From assembly GCA_048938005.1 (NCBI GenBank), contig JBHLMQ010000010.1, forward strand, positions 40,482-104,481: 64,000 nucleotides of DNA, written 5' to 3'. Under the pieces are notes generated by a model. It did not search any database. It had not been told where the DNA came from and worked only from the letters and a program-made list of their open reading frames with translations. This DNA is from Promethearchaeota archaeon (GTDB lineage: Archaea > Asgardarchaeota > Lokiarchaeia > Sigyniarchaeales > SOKP01). The position numbers and the translations under genes were made by a program. This document shows positions 50,022-59,953 of this stretch, one piece after another (the stretch's first letter is position 1; each line of letters begins with the position of its first letter).

Positions 50022-52364
50022 ATGAAAGCATCGATTTTAAAAAAATTAAATCTAATAATTGAAGAAGCTAACGCTTTTAAAGATAAAAATAATTTTCAAA
50101 AAGCAATTAGAAAGTTTCAAGAAGCATTAGATTTTATTAATTTAAAGGTTAAAGAAGAAGAAGATAAAAATATTGAAATTGAAAACATAAAAAATGCAAT
50201 TAATCAAACTTATTCAGTTCAGGCTGATAACGTAATTCAAGGAGCGATACATTTAACAGCCCAAAAAAAATTTAAGAAAGCTACAGAGCAATTTATGGAA
50301 GCACTTAAGTTAGTTGAAAATATTGATGAGCCTGGTCTCAAACTTGCTGAAAGTGATGAAATTAATAAATTAATTAGCGAGAATGAAATAGAACAATTAA
50401 TAACAAATGCCATTGAGTTGAAGTCTAAAAATCAATTAGATGAAGCTGTAGAAATGTTTAAAACAGGATTACGTATCGCAAAGGAAATTTATGAGTCAGA
50501 ATTTAGAAATGAAGCTTTATTAAGAATTAAAAACGAAATTGATGAAATATATGATTGCCAAATTGATGAAATGGTAGAAAAAGGTAAAAATTATAAAAAA
50601 AATGGACAGGATGATGAAGCTATTAAAACCTTTGAAAAAGCATTGCAATCTATTGAAAAATTCTTTGATCCCGAAGCTAAGAAAACACAAATTAATATTA
50701 TTAAAAACTTAAACAATGAAATCTATTCTAATCAAATCAAACCTTTAGTTGAGAAAGGAAAAGATTTAATCAAACAAAATTTAACAGATCAAGCGATTTC
50801 TGAGCTCAATAATGCAGTAACTTTAATAAATAAGATGTTTGATTCTGAACTCAAAGATCTTGAGATAAGCCTTATTGCTGAAACGTTAAACCCAATTTAT
50901 ATTGAAAGAATTAAACCATTAGTAGTTGAGGGAAAACAGATAACTACCCTAGAAAAATTTGAAGAGTCAATAAATTCAATTAATAAAGCAGTTGATTTCT
51001 TCCAACAAGCTTTGGATATTGCCAATAAAATGGTAAGATCAGAAAGAAAAGAAATACAAATCAAAGAAATTAGTGAATTAATTAATAATTCTTGTATTTC
51101 AGGAATAAATGTGATAAAAGACAAATCAATTCAGAATATAGTCCAAAAAAAATATGATGATGCTGTGAGCGATTTGTATATTGCTTTAAGTTTAGCTAAA
51201 AGAATGGTATATCCAGAAGAAGAAAATCCAGAATTAGAAAATCTCAAAAATCTAGTTAACAAGGTTTATTCTGCTGAAGTTACTGAAGTTATTAATAAGG
51301 GAAATAAATTGGTCGAAGAAAAAGATTATGATAAAGCAATAGAAACTTACAATGAAGCATTAACGATGACAAATAAAATGTACTTAACTGATGAAATGGA
51401 AAAAGAAGTTAACATGATTAAAGGTTTAATTTATGAAACGGAAGTGAAACAATTAGTAGTAAAAGGAGAATTACTTGAACAGCAAAAACTAAAAGAAAAA
51501 GAAATTGAAAAACTCAAAAAAAGATTAGATTATGCTCAATCAATAGATGATCCAGAACGACGAGCTGCTGAAATGGCAAAAATCAAGAAATTAATTGATG
51601 ATGTTCATTCAGATGAGATAAAGTTATTAATTGAACAAGGAAACCAACTTGCTGATTTAAAGAAGTATGATGATGCGTTCAAATTTTATGAAAGAGCTTT
51701 AAAAGTTAATAATATGATGGAAGAACCAGATGTAAAAAATAAAGATTTAATAAAGAGCTCCTATAAGAAAGAACTTATTAATCGGGCAAAACTAGAGATT
51801 GAAAATAAAAATTATGATAATGCCATTGAAAACTGTAGAAGGGCTTTAGATTTAGATGAAATATTTGTTGATGGATATTACCATATTGGGTTAGCATATA
51901 ATTACAAAAAGAAATATGACGCAGCAATAGAAAACTTTCAAAAAGCTGTTAATTTTGACGAAAAACATATTAAATCATGGAATTCTATGGGCTTAGCATA
52001 TGAAGCAAAAGAGGATTATGATAATGCTCTTCGATATTTAAATAAAGCAATAGAGATTGACCCTGAATTTCTCGATAGTTGGTATAATATTGGAAATTTA
52101 TATAAACTAAGAAAAGAATACGATAAAGCGATTGAGAGCTATAAAAAAGCAACTGAAGTAAACCCTGAATTCGCAGTAGCCTGGTTCTTTATGGGAAATG
52201 CATATTTTGATAAAAAAGATTATAATAACGCAGTTCAAAGTATTGAAAAAGCTATTAAAATTGATCCTAATCTAGGCCAAGATGTAAATCCTCTTATAAA
52301 AGATTTCAAAAAATCGATCGAAAAACTCTATGAAACACTTTCAATGCATTTTATTAATAGATAA
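50022..52364 (+). CDS. long tetratricopeptide-repeat protein
   Basis: Helical repeats throughout; canonical TPRs at C-terminus (WNSMGLAY, WYNIGNLY, AIEIDP). Confidence 0.88.
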   Translation: MKASILKKLNLIIEEANAFKDKNNFQKAIRKFQEALDFINLKVKEEEDKNIEIENIKNAINQTYSVQADNVIQGAIHLTAQKKFKKATEQFMEALKLVENIDEPGLKLAESDEINKLISENEIEQLITNAIELKSKNQLDEAVEMFKTGLRIAKEIYESEFRNEALLRIKNEIDEIYDCQIDEMVEKGKNYKKNGQDDEAIKTFEKALQSIEKFFDPEAKKTQINIIKNLNNEIYSNQIKPLVEKGKDLIKQNLTDQAISELNNAVTLINKMFDSELKDLEISLIAETLNPIYIERIKPLVVEGKQITTLEKFEESINSINKAVDFFQQALDIANKMVRSERKEIQIKEISELINNSCISGINVIKDKSIQNIVQKKYDDAVSDLYIALSLAKRMVYPEEENPELENLKNLVNKVYSAEVTEVINKGNKLVEEKDYDKAIETYNEALTMTNKMYLTDEMEKEVNMIKGLIYETEVKQLVVKGELLEQQKLKEKEIEKLKKRLDYAQSIDDPERRAAEMAKIKKLIDDVHSDEIKLLIEQGNQLADLKKYDDAFKFYERALKVNNMMEEPDVKNKDLIKSSYKKELINRAKLEIENKNYDNAIENCRRALDLDEIFVDGYYHIGLAYNYKKKYDAAIENFQKAVNFDEKHIKSWNSMGLAYEAKEDYDNALRYLNKAIEIDPEFLDSWYNIGNLYKLRKEYDKAIESYKKATEVNPEFAVAWFFMGNAYFDKKDYNNAVQSIEKAIKIDPNLGQDVNPLIKDFKKSIEKLYETLSMHFINR

Positions 52365-52423
52365 TCCTTCTCTTACTGTGTTTACAAAAAAAAATTAGTA
52401 AAAATTAGAAAAAGAAAAAAACG

Positions 52424-54037
52424 TTATTCGATTTTATTTAAGTGTTTTAAACCCATAAAGAATAAAGGAAGAGATATCACAAGATGTATGGAGATGAATA
52501 TTAGCGTAGGGCTCAATTCCCAAGCAACTAGGTCAGGAAAAATATCCCCCATCCATACCATCAAGAAGATAAAGCCCATAAACACGCCCATTTGGATACT
52601 CACTAGCTTAAATATATTCATTCCCATATGTTTTCCCTTTTCTTCAAATGCCGGGCTAAATCCTTGTAATCCAATCGCTTCAATCAGTACAATTATTCCA
52701 TATGCTAAATAAGCGATGAAGAACACCACCATATAAACCATATCAAACTCAAATAGGATTGTAAAGAATATGGTCACTCCCAGAGCTAATATTATATTAA
52801 TAATAAACATCGCAAGAATATAGGAATAGACCAAACCATTCACGTTTCTTGGACTCCTTTTATATACCCATAGCAAGTCTTTACTACCTACAAAGATGAA
52901 ACTACCAATCATTATGCCATAAATCATGCCTCCTATGAAAACTACCATTAACCTTGTAAATCCAATCGATAGAAACTCACCTGGAGCTTCACTCATAGAA
53001 AATGAGAAGATTAAGCCATAAACACAAGTCATACCAGCCAAAAAAACTAACTTAGCGAGATTTTGCTTTTTTCGGAAAAACTCTTTGAACTGAGTAATTA
53101 CTAATCCCTCCCATTTTACACCAATAATCCGTCTATTGAATTTATAAAAAGCATTCTCTTTCTCTATAATTGAACTGACCTTTTCAACACCCCCTTCAAG
53201 TGTATAGAAGTTTTCTGCTTTTTTATAAGAAACATATAAGATCAATAAAGGTACAAAAATTACTAGCGCTAAACTCATCCATATATTTAAGATATAGGGG
53301 TTTAATAATGTGGCATCAAAAGTATAGAGTATAACATTAGAGAACCATAGAGGTGGATACCAAATAAGATAATTTTTGAGTTCTGGATTCTCCATTATGA
53401 ATTGGAACCCAAATTGTAAACCATAAATAAGTGCAACCATTCCAATTGAAAGGAATATCAATAATGTTTTAGCAATGTCTCGTGCTTTTTCACTCTTAGC
53501 AATCTTGTGTTCCAACCAACTCATTATTACGGTACCAATTAAGGTTGCCAGAAATACAAGACCAAATACGCATCCATAAATTACTAGGGTTTGTAAAAAC
53601 GTCAAGTTAAAAATTGGATTCAACATATTTACTAAGATCGGGGTGAGAGCAAATACATAAGAAAAAAGTATAGGTATCTTTCCTAAAAATTCTCCCAAAA
53701 AGATATCTGCTGCGGTGATTGGGGATGCTAATAGGATTTCTTTAAATTCTACCTCACTCTGACGATATATGTTGTTTAGAGGATAAAGCATAACCATAAG
53801 AAAAAAGATCATCATCAACTGTTCAATAATCATTGCAATAGCGGGAATTAAAAATGAAGAGATCTCCTCCATACCAGCTAAAGTTGGCATAAATTGATCA
53901 AAAATTAACGGACAAAGAAAAAACGCCCAGAAGAGTAGAAAAGAATATAAAATCAAGAAAAATGCTAACCGATTTTTGCGAAATTTGGAGGTTCTAACCC
54001 TCACTTCATTCTTAGCAATCTTTAACCATAAAGAAAT
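52424..54037 (-). CDS. ABC exporter permease (multi-TM, internally duplicated)
   Basis: Many TM helices, EILLASP...IFLGEF, LWVYKRSP; downstream of ABC ATPase; frame open to ATT at 54037 (ORF track starts at 54004). Confidence 0.8.
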   Translation of the reverse strand: MSLWLKIAKNEVRVRTSKFRKNRLAFFLILYSFLLFWAFFLCPLIFDQFMPTLAGMEEISSFLIPAIAMIIEQLMMIFFLMVMLYPLNNIYRQSEVEFKEILLASPITAADIFLGEFLGKIPILFSYVFALTPILVNMLNPIFNLTFLQTLVIYGCVFGLVFLATLIGTVIMSWLEHKIAKSEKARDIAKTLLIFLSIGMVALIYGLQFGFQFIMENPELKNYLIWYPPLWFSNVILYTFDATLLNPYILNIWMSLALVIFVPLLILYVSYKKAENFYTLEGGVEKVSSIIEKENAFYKFNRRIIGVKWEGLVITQFKEFFRKKQNLAKLVFLAGMTCVYGLIFSFSMSEAPGEFLSIGFTRLMVVFIGGMIYGIMIGSFIFVGSKDLLWVYKRSPRNVNGLVYSYILAMFIINIILALGVTIFFTILFEFDMVYMVVFFIAYLAYGIIVLIEAIGLQGFSPAFEEKGKHMGMNIFKLVSIQMGVFMGFIFLMVWMGDIFPDLVAWELSPTLIFISIHLVISLPLFFMGLKHLNKIE

Positions 54038-54043
54038 GTTACA

Positions 54044-54859
54044 TCACTTCTTTTTCTTTTTTTCTTTCTTATTGAGATTTTCACCATTTGGGCCATTTTC
54101 GCGCCAGGATAATAAGTCCTCTATATGAGTTGCACCCATAATCTTAAGATATGCGTCCTCCAAATCTCTTGCATTTTGAGATTCTATAATTTCTCTAGGG
54201 CTACCTTGTAATTCCAATATTCCTTTATTGATAATTCCTATAATGTCACAGAGTTCTTCAGCCGCATCAAGCAGATGAGTACATATAAAAATTGTCTTAT
54301 CTGCTTTCTTAGCCAAATCAGAAATAAGGTTCTTAACCATTCTTGCTGCTGCAGGATCTAAATTAGACGTAGGCTCATCCAGAAAAATGATCTTGGGATC
54401 CTGAATTAATGCTGCACACAAACATACTTTTTGCTTCATACCACGAGAATATCCTTCAAGTAAGTCGTTTTCCCGCCCCTCAAGATCGAATATATCAAGA
54501 AGCTCATCAATACGACTAGATATGGTTGCTTTCGGTAAATAATACAGCTCGCTAATGAATTCCAAGAACTCTTTCGCAGTTAATTTTGAATATAATCCAG
54601 GAGATTCCGGTAGAAATCCACAGATCATCTTCACATCATTAGTTTGGGTGAGAATATTATACCCCCCTACTAATGCTGTACCATTTGACGGGGAAATAAT
54701 AGCATTTAACATCCTGACGGTTGTAGTTTTACCTGCTCCATTTGGCCCTAATAAACCATAGGTAGTACCATATGCGATCTCAATATTTAAGTCTCGTACG
54801 GCTACAATATCACCAAAAATCTTTGTGAGATCTTTGGTTGCTATTGCCAATTTTTCCAT
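54044..54859 (-). CDS. ABC transporter ATP-binding protein (export type)
   Basis: GPNGAGKTT, YSRGMKQK, FLDEPT, CTH; start at MEKL after GGAAGTGA. Confidence 0.92.
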   Translation of the reverse strand: MEKLAIATKDLTKIFGDIVAVRDLNIEIAYGTTYGLLGPNGAGKTTTVRMLNAIISPSNGTALVGGYNILTQTNDVKMICGFLPESPGLYSKLTAKEFLEFISELYYLPKATISSRIDELLDIFDLEGRENDLLEGYSRGMKQKVCLCAALIQDPKIIFLDEPTSNLDPAAARMVKNLISDLAKKADKTIFICTHLLDAAEELCDIIGIINKGILELQGSPREIIESQNARDLEDAYLKIMGATHIEDLLSWRENGPNGENLNKKEKKKKK

Positions 54860-54911
54860 TCTGTTTTTTTCACTTCCAAATTTTTTATTATGGGTTTTTT
54901 TTTTTAGATTT

Positions 54912-55331
54912 TTAATTTTCAGCTTCTTTCTCAAATAGATCCTCAAACTCCATTCCTAATCCCATTGCAATTTTAACTAATAAACTATCGTTAAAACTTG
55001 AGGTTAGCTCTTTGTCATCTATTTCGCTCAAAGAAGCTAGTTTTTCGAGGTTGATATCAGCCATTTCAGCAACCTCTCTTAAGTCTGCTAATGATTTGCC
55101 CTCTAAGATATCTTTAATTATTGGTTCCTGATAAAAAATCTCATCTATTGGTTTTTTCAAGATTTCCGATATTTTAAAAGATATCGTCAAGGATGGATTA
55201 TATGAACCCCGCTCTAAGTAGTATATTGTCTGGCGAGAAACCCCTACAAGCTTAGCTAATTCTAACTGAGGCAAGTCTAATTCCTCCCTGAATTGCTTTA
55301 TCCTTGAAACAATTTTTTTCTTAAATTTCAA
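54912..55331 (-). CDS. XRE-family HTH regulator with a second degenerate HTH
   Basis: ELAKLVGVSRQTIYYLERGSYNPSL; second unit LREVAEMADIN...KIAMGLGMEFEDLF. Confidence 0.85.
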   Translation of the reverse strand: MKFKKKIVSRIKQFREELDLPQLELAKLVGVSRQTIYYLERGSYNPSLTISFKISEILKKPIDEIFYQEPIIKDILEGKSLADLREVAEMADINLEKLASLSEIDDKELTSSFNDSLLVKIAMGLGMEFEDLFEKEAEN

Positions 55332-55402
55332 CCATTCTCACCATTCTTTTACTCTTTTTGGAGTCGAAATAATCTTAATAATAATAAAAAAAATGTTGAA
55401 TT

Positions 55403-56230
55403 TTATACCAATTTAAATAAATCTTCTATTTTACACTCTAGTACTTCCGCAATTCTATACGCCAACGCTAAACTTGGGTTATATCGGCCTTCTTCTAAAT
55501 AATTTATGGTTTGAATTGGGACTCCCACTTTTTCAGCTAATTTAGCAACGGTCATATTAGCATTTTCTCTTTTCTCTTTTATCGTTGTTTTTAAATATTC
55601 TCCTTCTCGCATTTTCGAAAGGATATAACTAATAAAGTTATCAAAAGCTAATTCTTCGGGTTTGAAAATTTTATCCTCTAAACCACTTGGTATTGCCGAA
55701 TACTTGATTAATCCTTCTTTTATCTTCTCCTCTATAATATTGGGGTCTAATAATCCTGGAATATAACCTTCTGGGCGACCAATACCTCCTTTACCACCTC
55801 CTGCTGCCGCTGTAGAACCTGCAGTCTCAACTTTAACAGTATAAGTTTTAAACATTCTATCAAAGACTCCATTAGTAATATTTATGTTCTGAATTCTGCT
55901 ATGTGGTATTGTAGCTCTGATTCTATTAAAAACACCGTGTTGGATAACAATATCACTCTCTAATACTTCATATGAAAACATATTTACATATCGATAAAAA
56001 TACCAAATTGTGAACAATAAAACAACTATAAATGGGATCACCACAGAATAAAAGAGTATCCATAAAATCCAGTCAAATTGAACTATTCCATCAAAAATGT
56101 ACATCAACCAAAATGTCAAAACCATCCAAATAGCATAAAACAAAATATACCCAATAATAGTTTTTAAAATTTGTTTCTTAGCATAATTACGAGAAATGGT
56201 TCCCTTGTATGATAGATCGTGTTTGCTCAT
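55403..56230 (-). CDS. 2-TM bacterial PH-domain (YdbS-like) protein fused to C-terminal XRE HTH
   Basis: Two TMs, GVFNRIRATIPHSRIQNI...VETAG...IPGL, then LAEKVGVPIQTINYLEEGRYNPSL. Confidence 0.82.
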   Translation of the reverse strand: MSKHDLSYKGTISRNYAKKQILKTIIGYILFYAIWMVLTFWLMYIFDGIVQFDWILWILFYSVVIPFIVVLLFTIWYFYRYVNMFSYEVLESDIVIQHGVFNRIRATIPHSRIQNINITNGVFDRMFKTYTVKVETAGSTAAAGGGKGGIGRPEGYIPGLLDPNIIEEKIKEGLIKYSAIPSGLEDKIFKPEELAFDNFISYILSKMREGEYLKTTIKEKRENANMTVAKLAEKVGVPIQTINYLEEGRYNPSLALAYRIAEVLECKIEDLFKLV

Positions 56231-56267
56231 TTTATTTACCCTCCATTTTTATTTTATTTTTAATTTA

Positions 56268-56359
56268 TGTAAACTTTATTTATACCAAGATTTTGATATA
56301 TTAAATCTTGAGACATAATTTTTTGAAAATTTATATATTTATGTAATAATTATTTACAT
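56268..56359. promoter_or_regulatory. two TGTAAA-N5-TTTACA-like inverted repeats around the TATA-like element of the XRE/ABC operon
   Basis: TGTAAACTTTATTTATA (56268-56284) and ATGTAATAATTATTTACAT (56341-56359). Confidence 0.55.
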
Positions 56360-56540
56360 TCATATTTAAATTTTTCTATAATTTTTTTGAAAATAGGTTA
56401 AGATGAGGTCTTTCCATATTTTGATCAATGTTAAGTAAAGTTTACAGAAGAAATAATTAAATATCAATATATTTTTTTTGGTAAAAATAAAAAAAAGAGA
56501 GATATCTTCTTCAATAATTGATTATTTCTTCAATCGTAAT

Positions 56541-56661
56541 ATTGAAAGAGGAATCAAAATTGAACTGACTCTAGGGCAAGAAGTTAATCCACTTATTAAA
56601 GACTTGAAGAAACTTAGAAAACCTTAAAGAATCTCTTTCGATGTTTTTTATTAATAAATGA
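56541..56661 (+). pseudogene. displaced, frameshifted copy of the TPR gene 3' end
   Basis: IERGIKIELTLGQEVNPLIKDLKK / LKESLSMFFINK* versus TPR IEKAIKIDPNLGQDVNPLIKDFKK...LYETLSMHFINR* (52242-52364). Confidence 0.85.
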
Positions 56662-56680
56662 AAATTTAAAAAAAAAAGGA

Positions 56681-57976
56681 TTAAATTTTATTTGACTTTC
56701 TTTTAAAGTTTATAATAGAAATTATTGAAATGATACTAATTACCATTAAGAAGAAGTATATTTCATATCCAGGAATAACAGTAGGGTTTTCATGCCATAA
56801 TATAATTGATACACTAGCGCTGTTATAATTTGCTGTAGCAATATCATTATATCCATCATTGTTTGCATCTCCTATATAAATACCAAAGGGTTCATCTTCA
56901 ACATAAATAGTTATCTCATTTTCCCAATTTCCAACTACGTCATTCCAGAGAAAAATGGAAACAGTATCTGAATCAAAATTTGCACAAACTATATCATTTA
57001 AGTTATCATTGTTTACATCTTCAACGATTACATCTATTGGTGTTTCGTCTGGGTAAATCGGTGTATCACCTATACTTAATGTAATTCTATCATTCCAATA
57101 ACTAGCTGTATCATTCCAGAGCAATATAGAGAGTGTATCTTGAAATCCATTACAAGCAATGATATCATTTTTACCATCATTATTTACATCTTCAACAACT
57201 ACATCAAATAAATTGTCCCCAGCATTGAGAATAAATTGGGTATCCCAATCTTTTAAATTGTTATTCCATACATCCACAGTAATGTTAAAATCAATCACAT
57301 ATACACTTGTCGAAATTATATCATTAAACCCATCATTATTTGCATCACCTAAATAAATCTCCTCAGGTTCCCCTCCTGTTGGATGTATTATTGGTGTATC
57401 CCAATCTCCAGAGGAATCATTCCAAGCCATTATTGAAAACGCATTAGCAACTGATGTTAGAATATCATTGTATCCATCGGCATTAGCATCTCCTATTGAA
57501 ATGTCATAAGGGAATGCACCACCTGCAGATTTAAATATTGCTCCATCCCAATCACTACTAGTATCATTCCAAAGGAAAATTCTATTATCTGGTATTACAA
57601 TGTCATTAAAGCCATCATTATTAGCATCACCTACGAAAAATCTCTGTATAAAGCCTTCAGCATCTAAATATATCACATCCCAATCACTTGAAGGAGCATT
57701 CCATAAGAGAATTGTTATATTATTATCATTTTCGTTATTTGTTATAATTTCATTTAATCCATCATTATTTACGTCTTCAATAAAAATATCTGTTGGAGCA
57801 CCTATAATTGATTTGTTTATTACCGAACCCCATGTACCAGCACTTAATCTTAAATTTCCTTTGTATATAGGTGAATAATCTTGAGAATTGGTCACTGTCT
57901 CAAAAGAAATAAATGGGACTAATGCAATTATACAAAAGAAAATCAAAAAGAATTTTATTTTACTTATTTTTTTCAT
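56681..57976 (-). CDS. secreted FG-GAP/VCBS repeat protein with Loki-CTERM-like anchor
   Basis: Seven D[AV]N[NA]DxxN[DE]I repeats, signal peptide, IPGY-TM-basic tail. Confidence 0.88.
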   Translation of the reverse strand: MKKISKIKFFLIFFCIIALVPFISFETVTNSQDYSPIYKGNLRLSAGTWGSVINKSIIGAPTDIFIEDVNNDGLNEIITNNENDNNITILLWNAPSSDWDVIYLDAEGFIQRFFVGDANNDGFNDIVIPDNRIFLWNDTSSDWDGAIFKSAGGAFPYDISIGDANADGYNDILTSVANAFSIMAWNDSSGDWDTPIIHPTGGEPEEIYLGDANNDGFNDIISTSVYVIDFNITVDVWNNNLKDWDTQFILNAGDNLFDVVVEDVNNDGKNDIIACNGFQDTLSILLWNDTASYWNDRITLSIGDTPIYPDETPIDVIVEDVNNDNLNDIVCANFDSDTVSIFLWNDVVGNWENEITIYVEDEPFGIYIGDANNDGYNDIATANYNSASVSIILWHENPTVIPGYEIYFFLMVISIISIISIINFKRKSNKI

Positions 57977-58298
57977 TTTAAATTCGCCTAATTAGTTTAT
58001 CTTAACTGAATTCTAAAATAATTCAATTGTTATTATAGATGATGGTCTTCTTTATATAAATTACGCTTTTATCCAAAATTTAATAAAATTATATATTGTG
58101 TATTTTATTAGTAATAGTATTTTACAACTCTGTCAATTGTACAAATGTGTCCAACTACTTCCTCAATAACAAAATTACACATCTTTTTTAGAATTTAAGT
58201 CTCCTTATCAAAAGTTATTAAATTTTATTAATTAAAATTATAGCAAAAGTAAAGTTTCAGAAGAAATAAACCTATTTTATCTATAGGTAATTAATTTT

Positions 58299-59462
58299 TC
58301 AACTTTTTCCGAATCGTGCTTTTTTTCTCAATTCTCTTTCTTTACGTTTGGTTCTCATTGCTAGATTACCTTCATAATACTCCTTCAATGTTTTAGGAGG
58401 TGTGAACTGTTGTTCTTTTTTCAGTAGTTCTATAGCTTCAGAGGGACAAATAGTAATACAATTTCTGCAACCAATACATCTTAGTCTATTAACAGAAGAA
58501 ATATCATCATCAAGAGTAATTGCCTCCATTTGGCAACGTTCTATACATGTACCACATCCAGTGCATAAATCAGGGTCAATTTTAGCATAATAATTCGTAG
58601 ATATAATATCTCCTGGATTAGGAAATGTTTTTATACTTAATATTACCTCACAGCAGCAACCACAACAGCTACAGATAAAATCAGTTTTTTGCGAATTCCC
58701 TATTTGAAACACTAATCCTTCTTCTTCATTTTTTTTCAATGTTTCGATTGCTAATTCCCTACTAATTTCACGAGCCCATCCCATATCGATATACATTTGA
58801 GCTAGGTGACCAAATCCAATACAAACATCTAATCTAGAAGTAGCTTTACAAGTTTTTCCTAAAATATTCATTGATTGACGGCATACGCAATTAGTTAATG
58901 AGAATGGCCCTTCCGCCTTCTCAAGAAGGTTTTTAACATCATCAAAATATGCAACTTCAATATCATGATCAATAGTAACTCCTACTGGAATTGTGCGTAA
59001 TTGAAGTGGAAGGTTTTTTGCCATGTCCAAAATAAGAGCTTCTTGCATATACTGTTTCATATCTTTAGTAAACTCTTTAGTCAATTTGTTTACCTGAAAC
59101 TCAAACATTCCAATTATGAGTATTGCTCCACTATAAAACTTCTTATTCCCCATCTTCCTTAACTTAATCGCTCCTTTTTCTGCCATAGTATCAAGATGAT
59201 TCTCCAATTCTTCTTTTATATATTTTAATCCTAACGTTTTGAAGCGCTCAAAAATGCTATCTAGAGATTCACCATCTCCAAATGATGGGTAAAATCTTAA
59301 ATTTGATGCAATTTGCGCTTCCTCAGGAGTAAAAAGCAATTTTAATAAACGTATTTCTACCCCAGACTCGGTTGAGGGAAACCCAACTGGGAATGTATCA
59401 AGATGTTCCTGCAATTCTCGATAAACATCTTGAGACGTACTATTTGTCTCTTGTTTTGACAT
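58299..59462 (-). CDS. 4Fe-4S dicluster domain protein
   Basis: CVCRQ, ICSCCGCCC, CTGCGTCIERCQ and CIGCRNCITICP ferredoxin motifs. Confidence 0.85.
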   Translation of the reverse strand: MSKQETNSTSQDVYRELQEHLDTFPVGFPSTESGVEIRLLKLLFTPEEAQIASNLRFYPSFGDGESLDSIFERFKTLGLKYIKEELENHLDTMAEKGAIKLRKMGNKKFYSGAILIIGMFEFQVNKLTKEFTKDMKQYMQEALILDMAKNLPLQLRTIPVGVTIDHDIEVAYFDDVKNLLEKAEGPFSLTNCVCRQSMNILGKTCKATSRLDVCIGFGHLAQMYIDMGWAREISRELAIETLKKNEEEGLVFQIGNSQKTDFICSCCGCCCEVILSIKTFPNPGDIISTNYYAKIDPDLCTGCGTCIERCQMEAITLDDDISSVNRLRCIGCRNCITICPSEAIELLKKEQQFTPPKTLKEYYEGNLAMRTKRKERELRKKARFGKS

Positions 59463-59621
59463 TCTTTAATGTCTTCGATAAGTATAAATTAAATTAATAT
59501 TCGTGTTTCTTATTTAATAGTCTATTTCTAAATTTTGTTCATTTCTATTTCAATTCCAATATAAATCTTTTGATTTCATTTCTAACATTTTTCAATATTT
59601 TTTAGAACAATATAATATTTT

Positions 59622-59710
59622 GCCAAGATGTAAATCCTTTTACAAAAGATATCAAAAATTCGAGCAAAAAACTCCATGAAATACTTTCAATGCATTTTAT
59701 AAATAGATAG
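59622..59710 (+). pseudogene. second displaced copy of the TPR gene 3' end
   Basis: Ungapped alignment to 52276-52364, 79/89 identical by hand count, including the stop codon position. Confidence 0.9.
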
Positions 59711-59953
59711 TCAATTTCTAATAATTTATTACAATTTCGGGAGTAATAGGATATTTATAAATTAATGATATCTTAAAGATAAAAATTGAATTATAATTAT
59801 TTTTTAAAATTTTTTTAATGTAGACTCCACCTATAAATAAACTTCAGATTTTATAATTGAGATTCATCCAAAGTTGAATAAATCTTAAATAGACAGTTAT
59901 GTATATTTTTTATTATTACATTTTTGTAATATTAAAATAATAAGGGAAATTCA

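Noticed and set aside
58137-58154. TTGTAC-N6-GTCCAA upstream of the FG-GAP gene as a fourth operator copy
   Set aside because: Spacer is 6 rather than 5 and the flanking conserved elements are missing; may be chance
58190-58235. Possible further copy of the TPR 3' end (ctccttatcaaa...ttttattaat)
   Set aside because: Similarity too weak to distinguish from AT-rich background
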